DNA from: Candidatus Omnitrophota bacterium
GTDB lineage: Bacteria; Omnitrophota; Gorgyraeia; Gygaellales; Profunditerraquicolaceae
Length of the DNA: 64,000 nucleotides
Reading direction: 5' to 3'
Assembly (NCBI GenBank): GCA_026416665.1
Contig: JAOAET010000028.1
Coordinates: 3,706 to 67,705 of the forward strand
The notes beneath the pieces are model-generated. The model was not told where the DNA came from. It was given only the letters and a program-made list of their open reading frames with translations, and made no database searches. Made by a program: the position numbers and the translations under genes. The first letter of the stretch is position 1. Every line of letters begins with the position of its first letter. Positions 43,442 through 52,893 of the stretch are shown here, in pieces.

Positions 43442-44449
43442 TTATGGATTAAGTTTGGTAGGATATCCTAAGCGCTCTAATTGTCTTTGTGCTTCTTTTG
43501 CTTGCTGAATTGTGGCATACATACCTACGCGGACTTTAAAAAGCTGTTTATTATTTTCTTTTGTATCTAAAACAAAGACAGGAAAATTTTGCCTTGCTAA
43601 TTTATTTTTTAGCCGTTCGGCATTTTCTCTTTTAGAAAACGCTCCTACTTGGATTATATAACCACCTTCGGGTTTAAAAATGACATCGTATTCTTTATGA
43701 TTTAAATATGTGGAATCTAAGCTGCCCAGCTGATTTGTTGAAGGCGGGGAAACTACGATAGTAGTAGATGTTCCTGAAGAAAATTCTTCATTTTTTTTTG
43801 ACGACGTTTGCAAAGCAATATCATTCAAATCTGAGGAGACATTTTGCTTATCTTTTTGGTGCTCATTATTTTGGAGGAATTGCGCTTTATTGGTCTGTAG
43901 AGTACTTACTAACTGCTTCTGTTTAGGTAGTAATTCACCAATAGCATTAGCCTCAAAACTACGCGGATACCGAGTAATTAATTTTTGCCGAAAATACTTT
44001 TGTTTATTATAATCGTTTAAACATTCATACGTTTTACTTAAACGGTAATAGATACCCGCCTTAAGTTTTGTGTTTGGTTCTTTTTCAAGAAGTGATTGAT
44101 AAATACTTGCTGCTTTGCTAAAGTCTCCTTTAAGATATGCAATATCTCCTAAACCAATAATTGCCTCTTCAGAAAATTTACTACCTTTGAACTCACTACA
44201 AATAATCTGAAATACATCTTCGGCACGTAAATAATTTGCGCTTTTAAGGTAACTTAACCCTAAAAAATAATAGACTTCATCAAGACCATTTCTTGTTTGC
44301 GCCCGTGCCAAAATAGCTTCTGCCTCCTTGATTGTCTGCTGATAATCGCCTGCTAGAAAATATTGTCTCAGCATTTGAGTATCTATTGCAAAAACAAAAG
44401 ATAACCTCAACAGAATTAACAAACTTATACTAAGTAGCTTTTTTTTCAT
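43442..44449 (-). CDS. Exported TPR + SPOR domain protein
   Basis: Signal peptide, TPR repeats, C-terminal YIIQVGAF...KVRVG SPOR motif. Confidence 0.85.
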   Translation of the reverse strand: MKKKLLSISLLILLRLSFVFAIDTQMLRQYFLAGDYQQTIKEAEAILARAQTRNGLDEVYYFLGLSYLKSANYLRAEDVFQIICSEFKGSKFSEEAIIGLGDIAYLKGDFSKAASIYQSLLEKEPNTKLKAGIYYRLSKTYECLNDYNKQKYFRQKLITRYPRSFEANAIGELLPKQKQLVSTLQTNKAQFLQNNEHQKDKQNVSSDLNDIALQTSSKKNEEFSSGTSTTIVVSPPSTNQLGSLDSTYLNHKEYDVIFKPEGGYIIQVGAFSKRENAERLKNKLARQNFPVFVLDTKENNKQLFKVRVGMYATIQQAKEAQRQLERLGYPTKLNP

Positions 44450-44510
44450 TGGTTGTCTTTCTCTTACTTCGAAAACGGCCTATTAATTTAAATAATAACT
44501 TCCCAAAATC

Positions 44511-45740
44511 TTATCTATTCTCCCTTTGCCCTTGCTTTTTAGCAAGTGAAATTTTTTTCTGCAAAGCTAGTATCTTTGTATGGCGACGTTTTTTTTCATC
44601 TTCCGGCACATCATCTATAAAAGTAGCTGCCTGCGTGTAGGGACGTGGAGAATATTTAAATATATAGGCGGCATCAAAACGAACCTGTTTAACTAACTGG
44701 TAAGTTTCATCAAAATCTCTTTCCGTTTCACCAGGAAAACCTACAATAATATCGGTGGTCAAAACACCTTCAGGTAGAATATCCCGATATTTTTTAACTA
44801 ACTCTAAATAAAACTCTTTTGTATATCCGCGGTTCATCCGTTCAAGAATTTTATTTGAACCTGATTGTACGGGTAAATGCAAATATTTTTTTACTTTCTG
44901 ACACTTGCGCATTGTTTCAAATAAAGAAACAGTTGTGTCACCAGGATGAGAAGTAATAAAACTTATTTCGTCTAAACCTTCCAGCCCATTCACTATCTCT
45001 AATAAATCTGTGAAAGTTACGCATTTATCCGGTGAGAAACTATTTAAATAAACATAAGAACTCACGTTCTGTCCTAAAAGCGTTAATCTCTTAAGCCCTA
45101 TATCAATTGCCTGTTTTATCTCTCTTAGAATATCTCTATAATCCCTATGGCGTAATGGCCCTCTAGTATAAGGGACAACACAATAAGAACAAAATTTAGA
45201 ACAGCCTTCTGAGATTACTACATAAAAATGAGATTTGTCATTATACCATTTTGTATGATAGATTGACGGGGAACGCTTGTTTCCTTCGGTATACCAAATC
45301 TTATAGGTATAAAGTTGGCTTCCTGTCGTAGTTTTCTCTGAAGAAAAAAACCTTTCCAGTAGCGCTGGTATTTTTTCAATGTCAGATGGCCCCACTACAA
45401 AATCTACTAAGGGAGAACGTTCAAAAATTTTTTCTTTATATAACTGTGCCATACAACCTACTACGCCAATGTAGGGTTTTTTATGTATATATGTGTCTGA
45501 CTTAGCTAATGGTAAATTTTTTTTAGAGTATCTTGTCTGTTTTACTACGCGTCCAATCTCACTAAATACTTTGTCTTCAGCATGCTTGCGCACTGAGCAG
45601 GTGTTAAAGATAACTACATCCGCTTCAGTAGGCGCATCAACAAAAACAAATCCCTTGTTACGTAACAAACCCATTAACACCTCGGAATCCCGTTCGTTCA
45701 TTTGACAGCCAAATGTTAATATACAAATCTTTTTTCCCAT
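44511..45740 (-). CDS. miaB: tRNA methylthiotransferase MiaB (no TRAM domain evident)
   Basis: TFGCQMNERDS, NTCSVR, CSKFCSYC, TDIIVGFPGET, YSPRP. Confidence 0.9.
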   Translation of the reverse strand: MGKKICILTFGCQMNERDSEVLMGLLRNKGFVFVDAPTEADVVIFNTCSVRKHAEDKVFSEIGRVVKQTRYSKKNLPLAKSDTYIHKKPYIGVVGCMAQLYKEKIFERSPLVDFVVGPSDIEKIPALLERFFSSEKTTTGSQLYTYKIWYTEGNKRSPSIYHTKWYNDKSHFYVVISEGCSKFCSYCVVPYTRGPLRHRDYRDILREIKQAIDIGLKRLTLLGQNVSSYVYLNSFSPDKCVTFTDLLEIVNGLEGLDEISFITSHPGDTTVSLFETMRKCQKVKKYLHLPVQSGSNKILERMNRGYTKEFYLELVKKYRDILPEGVLTTDIIVGFPGETERDFDETYQLVKQVRFDAAYIFKYSPRPYTQAATFIDDVPEDEKKRRHTKILALQKKISLAKKQGQRENR

Positions 45741-45802
45741 TTTTTAAATATTTTTTATCTAAAATTTTTTTACTTTAACTTCGTTTCTAAATTTTTTTAT
45801 TT

Positions 45803-46174
45803 TTAGATGTTTTGAGTGTTTTTTAAATGCCCTTTTTGCACAGAAAGGTCTTCCTTTGAGAAATTCAAAAATTTTATTCCTACTTCAAAGGGGTAACGCG
45901 AATCATCAATACGTTTACTCCAGACTACTTTTCCTTTAGTTCTAATAATTTTGTCGCTGTTAGAAATTTTTATTTCTAAATCAAGGATAGTCTCTGGTTC
46001 AAGTTTATGAAGAACAGGTAAAGCAATTCCAAGTTCTGAAATATTTTTTGTTCGAGAACCGCTTTTCAACAAACTATTGGCAAGAGAATATTTTGTCTCA
46101 AGATTTTTTGTTATCCTCACAGTGATCCTGCGTTCTTGCATAACCGTTCTCTCATTAAAATACATTACAAACAA
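45803..46174 (-). CDS. PilZ-domain protein
   Basis: RxxxR (RITVR) and NISELG c-di-GMP motifs, GKVVW, GIKF. Confidence 0.85.
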   Translation of the reverse strand: MFVMYFNERTVMQERRITVRITKNLETKYSLANSLLKSGSRTKNISELGIALPVLHKLEPETILDLEIKISNSDKIIRTKGKVVWSKRIDDSRYPFEVGIKFLNFSKEDLSVQKGHLKNTQNI

Positions 46175-46450
46175 TATTATAACATCGATATTTTTTTTAT
46201 CAATTTTCTAGTTCTTACGACTTTTTTAAATTTTATTTAAAAATTAAAAATACAAAAATAAGCTGTTTTCTTCAATGGTCAAATCTCAATAAAACTTTGT
46301 AGCCTTTTGTTTATTCTAGTTTTTAAAATAACCTTAGAAAAACAAAGATTTTAGTTCTTATGAAAAGGTAAGAGAATTTAACTAAGTCGGTTAGAATATA
46401 TTTTAGGGAATAGTTACTTTAAGAATTTTATTGTTACTCTTGTATTTATT

Positions 46451-47185
46451 TTACTTAATCTTAGCTTCCTCGATTGCCTCAAGGACTGCATTTATTTCAA
46501 AGGGTTTAACCAAACAGGCGCGTAATTTTAGTTTCTCAACTTCTTTTTGCATCTCTTCAATATAGCCAGTCATCAGAATTATTTTAAGGTTAGGGTTAAT
46601 ATCTAATAGTTTACGATACAGTTCTAGACCATTAATGTCACTTAAACGAATGTCCAAAAATATTATTGTAAAATTTTTTTTCTGCACTTGTTCCAAAGCT
46701 TTTTGCCCCGTATCCACTGCTGTAACATTACACTTTGCTGTTTTTAGAATCCGTTCAAAAAGCTGACGTATATCTGCATCGTCATCAATTACTAAGACAT
46801 CTAATAATTGGTTGTCCATACCTAAAAACTCTTGTTCTATAAACTGGGAAAGTTCTTGAAGGTCAAAGGGTTTACGAATAGTTGTAAAAATACCAATCTT
46901 TTTTGCTTCAGCTAATTTGTCTTCTACAGAATAACCTGTCATCATTACAAACTTTGCTTTTGGGTTAATCTGCTTCATTTTTTTTAATATCTCTATTCCA
47001 TCCATTCCCGGCATACGCACGTCTAAAAAAACCCAATCGAAATTTCCTTTTTTTAATTCTTCTAAAGCTTGCTGTCCATCAGAGGCAACAGTTACTCCCA
47101 AACCCTTTAGCTCAAATAACTGCTTTAAAAGACCCCGCACACACGCCTCATCATCAACAACAAGCACTTTCACTGGTGGTTTCAT
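46451..47185 (-). CDS. Tandem receiver (REC-REC) response regulator
   Basis: Two CheY-like domains (VVDDE..LDVRMP..KPF; IDDD..LDIRL..KPF). Confidence 0.9.
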   Translation of the reverse strand: MKPPVKVLVVDDEACVRGLLKQLFELKGLGVTVASDGQQALEELKKGNFDWVFLDVRMPGMDGIEILKKMKQINPKAKFVMMTGYSVEDKLAEAKKIGIFTTIRKPFDLQELSQFIEQEFLGMDNQLLDVLVIDDDADIRQLFERILKTAKCNVTAVDTGQKALEQVQKKNFTIIFLDIRLSDINGLELYRKLLDINPNLKIILMTGYIEEMQKEVEKLKLRACLVKPFEINAVLEAIEEAKIK

Positions 47186-47595
47186 AATTCATCACCCCTT
47201 GTTTTATTTAGGGTTGCAATTTTACTTAGCAAACTCAACTCCAAGTAACTTAAATTAAAAGGTTTAGTAATATAATCGTATGCCCCTTCTTTTAAAGCCT
47301 CTTCCGCAATTTCTCTCTCTGCATAGGCAGTAATCATAATTACCGAAGTCTCGGGATATTTTGCCTTTATCTTGCGCAAAATCTTTATTCCGTTTACTCC
47401 TGGCATTTTAATGTCCAAAAACACTACATCCCGTTTTTCCTGCTCTAAGAAAAGAAGTGCCTCCTCGCCATTTTGAGCACAAGATACATTCGTAAAACCT
47501 TTTTGTCGCAAAAACCGTTCTAAAAATTCTCTAACTGCCTTCTCGTCATCCACGATAAGAATTTTCTCTTTTTTAGCTTCTGTGTTTATATCCAT
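47182..47595 (-). CDS. Single-domain response regulator
   Basis: IVDDE, LDIKMP, TKPF. Confidence 0.9.
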   Translation of the reverse strand: MDINTEAKKEKILIVDDEKAVREFLERFLRQKGFTNVSCAQNGEEALLFLEQEKRDVVFLDIKMPGVNGIKILRKIKAKYPETSVIMITAYAEREIAEEALKEGAYDYITKPFNLSYLELSLLSKIATLNKTRGDEL

Positions 47596-47613
47596 AGCCT
47601 AATCTCCTTCTTT

Positions 47614-49698
47614 CTAACCACTGGTAGTCAAAACATTATTACCTTGCTCTATAACCGGTAGTCTTATTCTAAAACAAGTGCCTTCTCCTACGTTGCTTGA
47701 AACACTAATGTCTCCTCCGAGATCTTTTATAATACTGTAAACCAAAGACAGTCCTAAACCCGTTCCTTCTCCTATTTCTTTAGTAGTAAAAAATGGCTCA
47801 AATATTCTTTCTATATTCTCTGCAGGTATCCCAATTCCTGTGTCAGATATTTCCCAGATAATTTCTTTTTTTTGCCTATCATAACTAGTTTTTATTTTGA
47901 TAGTTCCATTACCCGTATTTTTTTTCTTAATTGCCCAACGCGCATTTGAGAGTATATCAAACAGTACCTGCTGGATGAGCTGTTCATCTCCAAGGAGCGC
48001 AGGCACATCTAAGGCAAGTTCTTTTTCAATAATTATATTTTCCAAGCGAAGGTCATGGGCGATAATTGCCACAACTTTTTCAACCTGCTCATTAATGTTA
48101 ACAGGTATCTTTCTTCCTTTAGATGCATGGGAAAAATCAAGCAGTGCCCGAGTAATTTTGACACAACGTTGGGCAGATTCTTCAATAATTGCAAGTAATT
48201 CTTTAAATTCATTGATATTAAAATCCTTTTTTTCTTGGGCAAGCATCTTGATAAGTTGAACATTGTTAAGAACACCGGTTAAAGGATTATTAATTTCATG
48301 AGCTACGCCTCCTGCTAAAGTACCTAATGAAGCCATTTTTGCTGCCTGAATTAACTGATTCTGGACTCGTTTCAACTCCTCATATGCCTTCTTAAGTGCC
48401 TCTTCAGTATTCTTAATAGCAGTAATGTCTCGCACCGTCTCAATAGCACCGACAATAGTGCCATCTAAGTCATATAATGGCGAAGCAATCGCCCAAACAT
48501 ACGCGCCATGGTTGTTATTTAGTTTGGGAACAAATACCTCTACAGTAAGCTTATTTTCTATGGCAGTTAGTCGCGGATAAAAATTTTCTGCCTCTATAGT
48601 CGGGTCAAGTAGCAAATCTACAAGAATCGGTCTTCTTTCACCATAAAACGGTAGCGCATATTCGTAATCACCTTTTCCTATAATATCTTTTGCAAGAATA
48701 CCTGTAAACTGTTCCATAGCTTTATTCCAAAAAATAACTTTTCTGTTAGAATCAATAACAAAAGTAGGGTCAGGCAAGAAATCAATTATATTAGCAATAT
48801 CCTGCTTTGACTTCATTAATTCTTTCTCAATACGTCTTCGCTCTTCTATTTCAAGCTGTAAAAGAAAGTTATACCTCTCTAATTCCTCTTTACGCTGTTT
48901 TTCCTTTTGGAGTAAATTCTTAAGTTCTTCAGTCATAGTATTGAAATACTCAGTAGCCAGCCCAATTTCATCATAATGAACAATCTTTAATCTTCCTGAA
49001 AAATCCCCACTTTTTACTCTCCGCATTCCATCAATAAGCCTGTCTATGGGGTATAAAATAATGCGTTTGAAAAATATCAAGATAGAAAAAGAAAGGATAA
49101 ATACTCCTAACGTAGACAAAATAATGTTTATATTTCTACTTTGTTTTACTTGCTTTAAAACTGACTCCCAATCTAATCCTATTCTTACTACTCCCAGAAC
49201 CTTGTCTTCTCTTCCATGACAGGGATAGCAGGATTTTTCATTAAAAATTGGGATGTGCTCAATAATTGTCCATCTCCCTGTTCTTTTTCTCTTCTCTATC
49301 TTCAAATAGGGTTTTCCTGTTAAGGAATCTTTTAGAGTATCAGAAATAGGTATTTGCCCAATTAAACTTAAGTCGGTGCTCCGACGAATAAATCCATTTT
49401 TATCAGTTAAATGAATCATGGCAACCGCTGGCAGTTTACTGTATTCGTTAAACTGCTTTTGAATAATATCTTGATCACCATTTAACATAGGATTGCGCAT
49501 AGCAGTTAAGATAACCTGTCCCAGTTGTGCGGCATAATTAAAGGCTAATTTTTCTAATAATGAACGTTGATAATAAATATTTATAGCGCTGATTAGTGCC
49601 AAAATAAATAAAACCGCGGAACAAAAAACAAATATAGCTTTTAACCATAATGAATTTCTTAAGATAATTTTTCCTATTTTTTTATCCCATAACTTCAT
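47614..49698 (-). CDS. Membrane sensor histidine kinase (periplasmic CxxCH domain, HAMP, PAS, HisKA, HATPase)
   Basis: Two TMs, CYPCH, HAMP, PAS, HEINNP, FFTTK..GTGLGL. Confidence 0.92.
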   Translation of the reverse strand: MKLWDKKIGKIILRNSLWLKAIFVFCSAVLFILALISAINIYYQRSLLEKLAFNYAAQLGQVILTAMRNPMLNGDQDIIQKQFNEYSKLPAVAMIHLTDKNGFIRRSTDLSLIGQIPISDTLKDSLTGKPYLKIEKRKRTGRWTIIEHIPIFNEKSCYPCHGREDKVLGVVRIGLDWESVLKQVKQSRNINIILSTLGVFILSFSILIFFKRIILYPIDRLIDGMRRVKSGDFSGRLKIVHYDEIGLATEYFNTMTEELKNLLQKEKQRKEELERYNFLLQLEIEERRRIEKELMKSKQDIANIIDFLPDPTFVIDSNRKVIFWNKAMEQFTGILAKDIIGKGDYEYALPFYGERRPILVDLLLDPTIEAENFYPRLTAIENKLTVEVFVPKLNNNHGAYVWAIASPLYDLDGTIVGAIETVRDITAIKNTEEALKKAYEELKRVQNQLIQAAKMASLGTLAGGVAHEINNPLTGVLNNVQLIKMLAQEKKDFNINEFKELLAIIEESAQRCVKITRALLDFSHASKGRKIPVNINEQVEKVVAIIAHDLRLENIIIEKELALDVPALLGDEQLIQQVLFDILSNARWAIKKKNTGNGTIKIKTSYDRQKKEIIWEISDTGIGIPAENIERIFEPFFTTKEIGEGTGLGLSLVYSIIKDLGGDISVSSNVGEGTCFRIRLPVIEQGNNVLTTSG

Positions 49699-50093
49699 TG
49701 CTTTGAATTCCTCACAGCTAAAATGCGGTTTATAATTTCTGTCAAATTAAAAGGCTTATGCAATAGCTCAAAGTTGTGTCTGTTAATTTCTTCAATTAAT
49801 CTATCTTCACCATAGGCAGTAATAATATAAATTTTGGCATTGGGTTTTTTTTGGTGTATCTTTAAAGCTGTATCACAACCATTTAAACCCTGCATACGCA
49901 AATCTATAAAATATAAATCACAGCAAATTTTATCAGTTAGCTCTAAAGCCTTTTGCCCATTCTCTGCTTCATAAAGTTTTACATCAGTTAACTCGGCAAT
50001 ACGCCGGAATAATTGCCGAATTACCAAAGCATCATCAACAACCATAACTTTAAAAGGTGTTGAACTGTTATGTTGCTGTCCGTAGCTTTCCAT
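49695..50093 (-). CDS. Single-domain response regulator
   Basis: VVDD, IDLRM, TAY, KPF. Confidence 0.88.
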   Translation of the reverse strand: MESYGQQHNSSTPFKVMVVDDALVIRQLFRRIAELTDVKLYEAENGQKALELTDKICCDLYFIDLRMQGLNGCDTALKIHQKKPNAKIYIITAYGEDRLIEEINRHNFELLHKPFNLTEIINRILAVRNSKQ

Positions 50094-50106
50094 ATTTTTG
50101 TGCGAT

Positions 50107-50301
50107 TTACTCTTTTTTTACTGAATTTATAATCTGCTCAAGGTCAGTTTTTCTAAAACGACGATGACCTCCCAAGGTTCTAAATGGTCTTAACAATCCT
50201 TTTTTTTCCCAGTTACGTAAAGTAAGCGGTAAAACTCCTAATAACTTGGCAGCCTCAGAAATCGTCAGTATTTCTTTAACAGAATCTTCCTTCTTTCTCA
50301 T
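50107..50301 (-). CDS. Small MerR-like/HTH_17 (BldC-like) DNA-binding protein
   Basis: LTISEAAKLLGV...TLRNW...RTLGGHRRF. Confidence 0.8.
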   Translation of the reverse strand: MRKKEDSVKEILTISEAAKLLGVLPLTLRNWEKKGLLRPFRTLGGHRRFRKTDLEQIINSVKKE

Positions 50302-50317
50302 CTTCTAACCCTAATTA

Positions 50318-50689
50318 TTAACCAGTTAATTCCCGAATCATTCGCACTAACTCTTGCAATTTTACTGGCTTAGAAAGATATAACCAGCCACCGATAATAT
50401 TCTTTTTTTGATTAACCTCTTCTTCTTCTACAATGGCAGTCAGAAATACAACTGGTATATTGCGCGTCTCTACATCTGATTTTAGCTCTTGTGCAATGTC
50501 TGGACCAGATTTTCCAGGCATCATGACATCAAGAAAAATAATATCTGGTTTAGTTGACTTTACCTTTGCTACTGCTTCTAGGGCATTGGAAACAGTAACT
50601 ACTGAAAATTCTTTTGTGTCTTCTAAGTTTTGTTTTAAAAAGAAACAAAAGTCCGTTTCATCATCAATAATCATTACTGTTTTTTTCAT
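50318..50689 (-). CDS. Single-domain response regulator
   Basis: IIDDE, LDVMMP, FLTA, SKP. Confidence 0.9.
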   Translation of the reverse strand: MKKTVMIIDDETDFCFFLKQNLEDTKEFSVVTVSNALEAVAKVKSTKPDIIFLDVMMPGKSGPDIAQELKSDVETRNIPVVFLTAIVEEEEVNQKKNIIGGWLYLSKPVKLQELVRMIRELTG

Positions 50690-52385
50690 TTTCCTTCCTT
50701 TCTTTTAACGGTAAAACCACACTTACACGCGTTCCTTTTCCAAGTTCACTTTCTATTAAAATTTTTCCATTGTGGTTTTCTATAATCATCTTGGCCATAG
50801 AAAGACCCAGACCTGTTCCACGCCTGTCGCGTTTAGTGGTAAAAAATGGTTCAAAGAGTTTAGACAAATTTTCAGGTGATATACCTTCTCCGGTATCAGT
50901 GACTTCCATAACACAGGCAGGTTTATCACCCAAAGCAGAATGTCTCGGATCAAAAAATGTGCGGATAAGCAAACTTCCACCATTGGGCATAGCATCCGTG
51001 GCATTAGAGAAGAGATTAAACAATACCTGCTGTATTTGATTACGGTCAACATATACGGTAGCATTATCATCAGCAAACTCGGTCTCAATACGAATATTCC
51101 TATTGGGAACGCGGTATTGAAATAATGCTAAGGCCTCAGTTACCAAATCATGACAAGTCACATATTCCAACACTGAGTTAGAAGGTCTAGCAAAGCGAAG
51201 TAGGTTAAGGATAATGGCGTTTGCCCGAAGAGTTGCTTCTTTCATTTTTTGTAAAGCTATAACAATGTTTTCTTCAGCAGCACTTAAACGAGCCTCTAGA
51301 TACTCCACACCACCTAAAACTATGGCTAAGGGGTTTTTAACCTCATGAGCAATACCTGCAGAAAATCTTCCTAATGCGGCTAATTTCTCGGACTGAATCA
51401 ACTGTGCCTGCGCTTGATTGAGTTTATCAATAGTCACATTCAAATCATAAATTTTTCTCTGTAACTGTTCATAAAGAGACGCATTTTCTAAAGCAATTGC
51501 TGCCTCATCAGCTAAAATACCAAGCAGTGTCTGTTCACGAGCAGTAAATCTTTCACCATCTGCTTTGTCTGATACATTAAGCACACCAAAGAGTTTATCT
51601 TGTGAAGCAATTGCAATGCTAACAAAAGTTGGTTCAGAATCCTTTTTGCTTTCATATCCATTTTCTGAATGAGAACGAAGATATAAAAAATTTTTTATAT
51701 TGCCACAGATTGATCTTCTTTCTAAAGCAACTTTTCCTGAGATACCTTCACCTAAAGGGATACGGGTGTTTTTAATAACTTCTTCTGGTAGACCTCTTGC
51801 TGCTTTTATAGAAAGGGTCTGGCTCTGTTCGTCTAATAAAAGTAGAGAACCACAGGTAGCGCCAGTTATTTCTAAAGCTGCTTGAAGAACTTTATTTAAA
51901 AGCTCACCTTTATCAATACTATTGGCAATAGAACGGCTTACTTCAAACATAGAAGCCAATTCACTTATTGCTACTTTATTTATATTTTTTCTCTGGCGTT
52001 CAAGACATCTCTCAACAATTGATAACAACTCAAACAAATTAAAAGGCTTGGTGATATAATCATAAGCACCTATTTTAAGCGCCTGAACTGCTGTTTCTAC
52101 GGTAGGATAACCCGTTAAGACAATCACCTCAACAAAGGGATTATGGCGTTTTACCTCCTTAAGTAAATCTAATCCACCTACCTTAGGCATCTTAAGGTCA
52201 GTAATCAATAAATTAATAAAATTATCTTGGGAAAGTAAAGATAAGGCGGCCTCCCCATTTTCCGCAGTAAAACAAGCAAAATCTTTTTGCTCAAGGAACA
52301 TTCGCAATGAATCACGAATAGCCGGCTCATCATCAACTACTAAAATTCGTGGCTTTTCATTACTCCGCACTTCCGTTTCATTCAT
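50664..52385 (-). CDS. Hybrid histidine kinase (REC-GAF-HisKA-HATPase)
   Basis: N-terminal REC, GAF (GEGISGKVA..AAIALENA), HEVKNP, GTGLGL. Confidence 0.92.
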   Translation of the reverse strand: MNETEVRSNEKPRILVVDDEPAIRDSLRMFLEQKDFACFTAENGEAALSLLSQDNFINLLITDLKMPKVGGLDLLKEVKRHNPFVEVIVLTGYPTVETAVQALKIGAYDYITKPFNLFELLSIVERCLERQRKNINKVAISELASMFEVSRSIANSIDKGELLNKVLQAALEITGATCGSLLLLDEQSQTLSIKAARGLPEEVIKNTRIPLGEGISGKVALERRSICGNIKNFLYLRSHSENGYESKKDSEPTFVSIAIASQDKLFGVLNVSDKADGERFTAREQTLLGILADEAAIALENASLYEQLQRKIYDLNVTIDKLNQAQAQLIQSEKLAALGRFSAGIAHEVKNPLAIVLGGVEYLEARLSAAEENIVIALQKMKEATLRANAIILNLLRFARPSNSVLEYVTCHDLVTEALALFQYRVPNRNIRIETEFADDNATVYVDRNQIQQVLFNLFSNATDAMPNGGSLLIRTFFDPRHSALGDKPACVMEVTDTGEGISPENLSKLFEPFFTTKRDRRGTGLGLSMAKMIIENHNGKILIESELGKGTRVSVVLPLKERKENEKNSNDY

Positions 52386-52415
52386 GAGAAAACCTCTTCT
52401 TTAGTTATCTTTTGT

Positions 52416-52787
52416 TTATTGTCTCAAAATACCCAGAACAGCACTCTTTAATTCATTTATATCTAAAGGCTTAGTAAAAATCTTTAGTATATTATATGGC
52501 TGTAACCGATAATCAACTTCCTTACTTAACCAACCTGTTATCACTATAACTGGGGGCGGCATTTTTAATTGATTTAACTTCTGTAATAATTGTTCTCCCG
52601 ACATAACAGGCATAACTAAGTCAAGCAAAATTAAATCTACTTTCCTATGTTGTATAAATTTCCAGGCATCTAGTCCATTTTGATAAACAAAAATGTTAAT
52701 TTTTTCTTTCGCTAAAATACGTTTAGTAAATTCCAAAATAATTTCTTCGTCATCAACTATGAGTAAATTTTTATATATTTTATCCAT
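52416..52787 (-). CDS. Single-domain response regulator
   Basis: IVDDE, LDLVMP, TKP. Confidence 0.9.
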   Translation of the reverse strand: MDKIYKNLLIVDDEEIILEFTKRILAKEKINIFVYQNGLDAWKFIQHRKVDLILLDLVMPVMSGEQLLQKLNQLKMPPPVIVITGWLSKEVDYRLQPYNILKIFTKPLDINELKSAVLGILRQ

Positions 52788-52812
52788 TTTAATTAAGTTT
52801 TAGCTCAATAAT

Positions 52813-52841
52813 ATAATAGCATATACTTTGTATAAATTCAA
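52813..52841 (-). promoter_or_regulatory. Putative sigma70 promoter inside the signalling cluster
   Basis: TTGAAT-17 bp-TATTAT with extended TG. Confidence 0.45.
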
Positions 52842-52846
52842 GGTAA

Positions 52847-52876
52847 ATTTTATTATATTTTATTATATTTTATTAT
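52847..52876. repeat. 10-bp tandem repeat (ATTTTATTAT)x3
   Basis: Visible directly upstream of the putative -35. Confidence 0.6.
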
Positions 52877-52893
52877 AACAATTTTATCAAACT

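Noticed and set aside
50107-50301. Resemblance to the IS607 transposase N-terminal HTH or a phage excisionase
   Set aside because: Only 64 aa, with no serine-recombinase domain, tnpB or integrase nearby; embedded in a signalling operon.
52847-52876. Tandem AT-rich repeat considered as CRISPR or iteron
   Set aside because: Only three 10-bp low-complexity units, with no spacers and no cas or rep genes.
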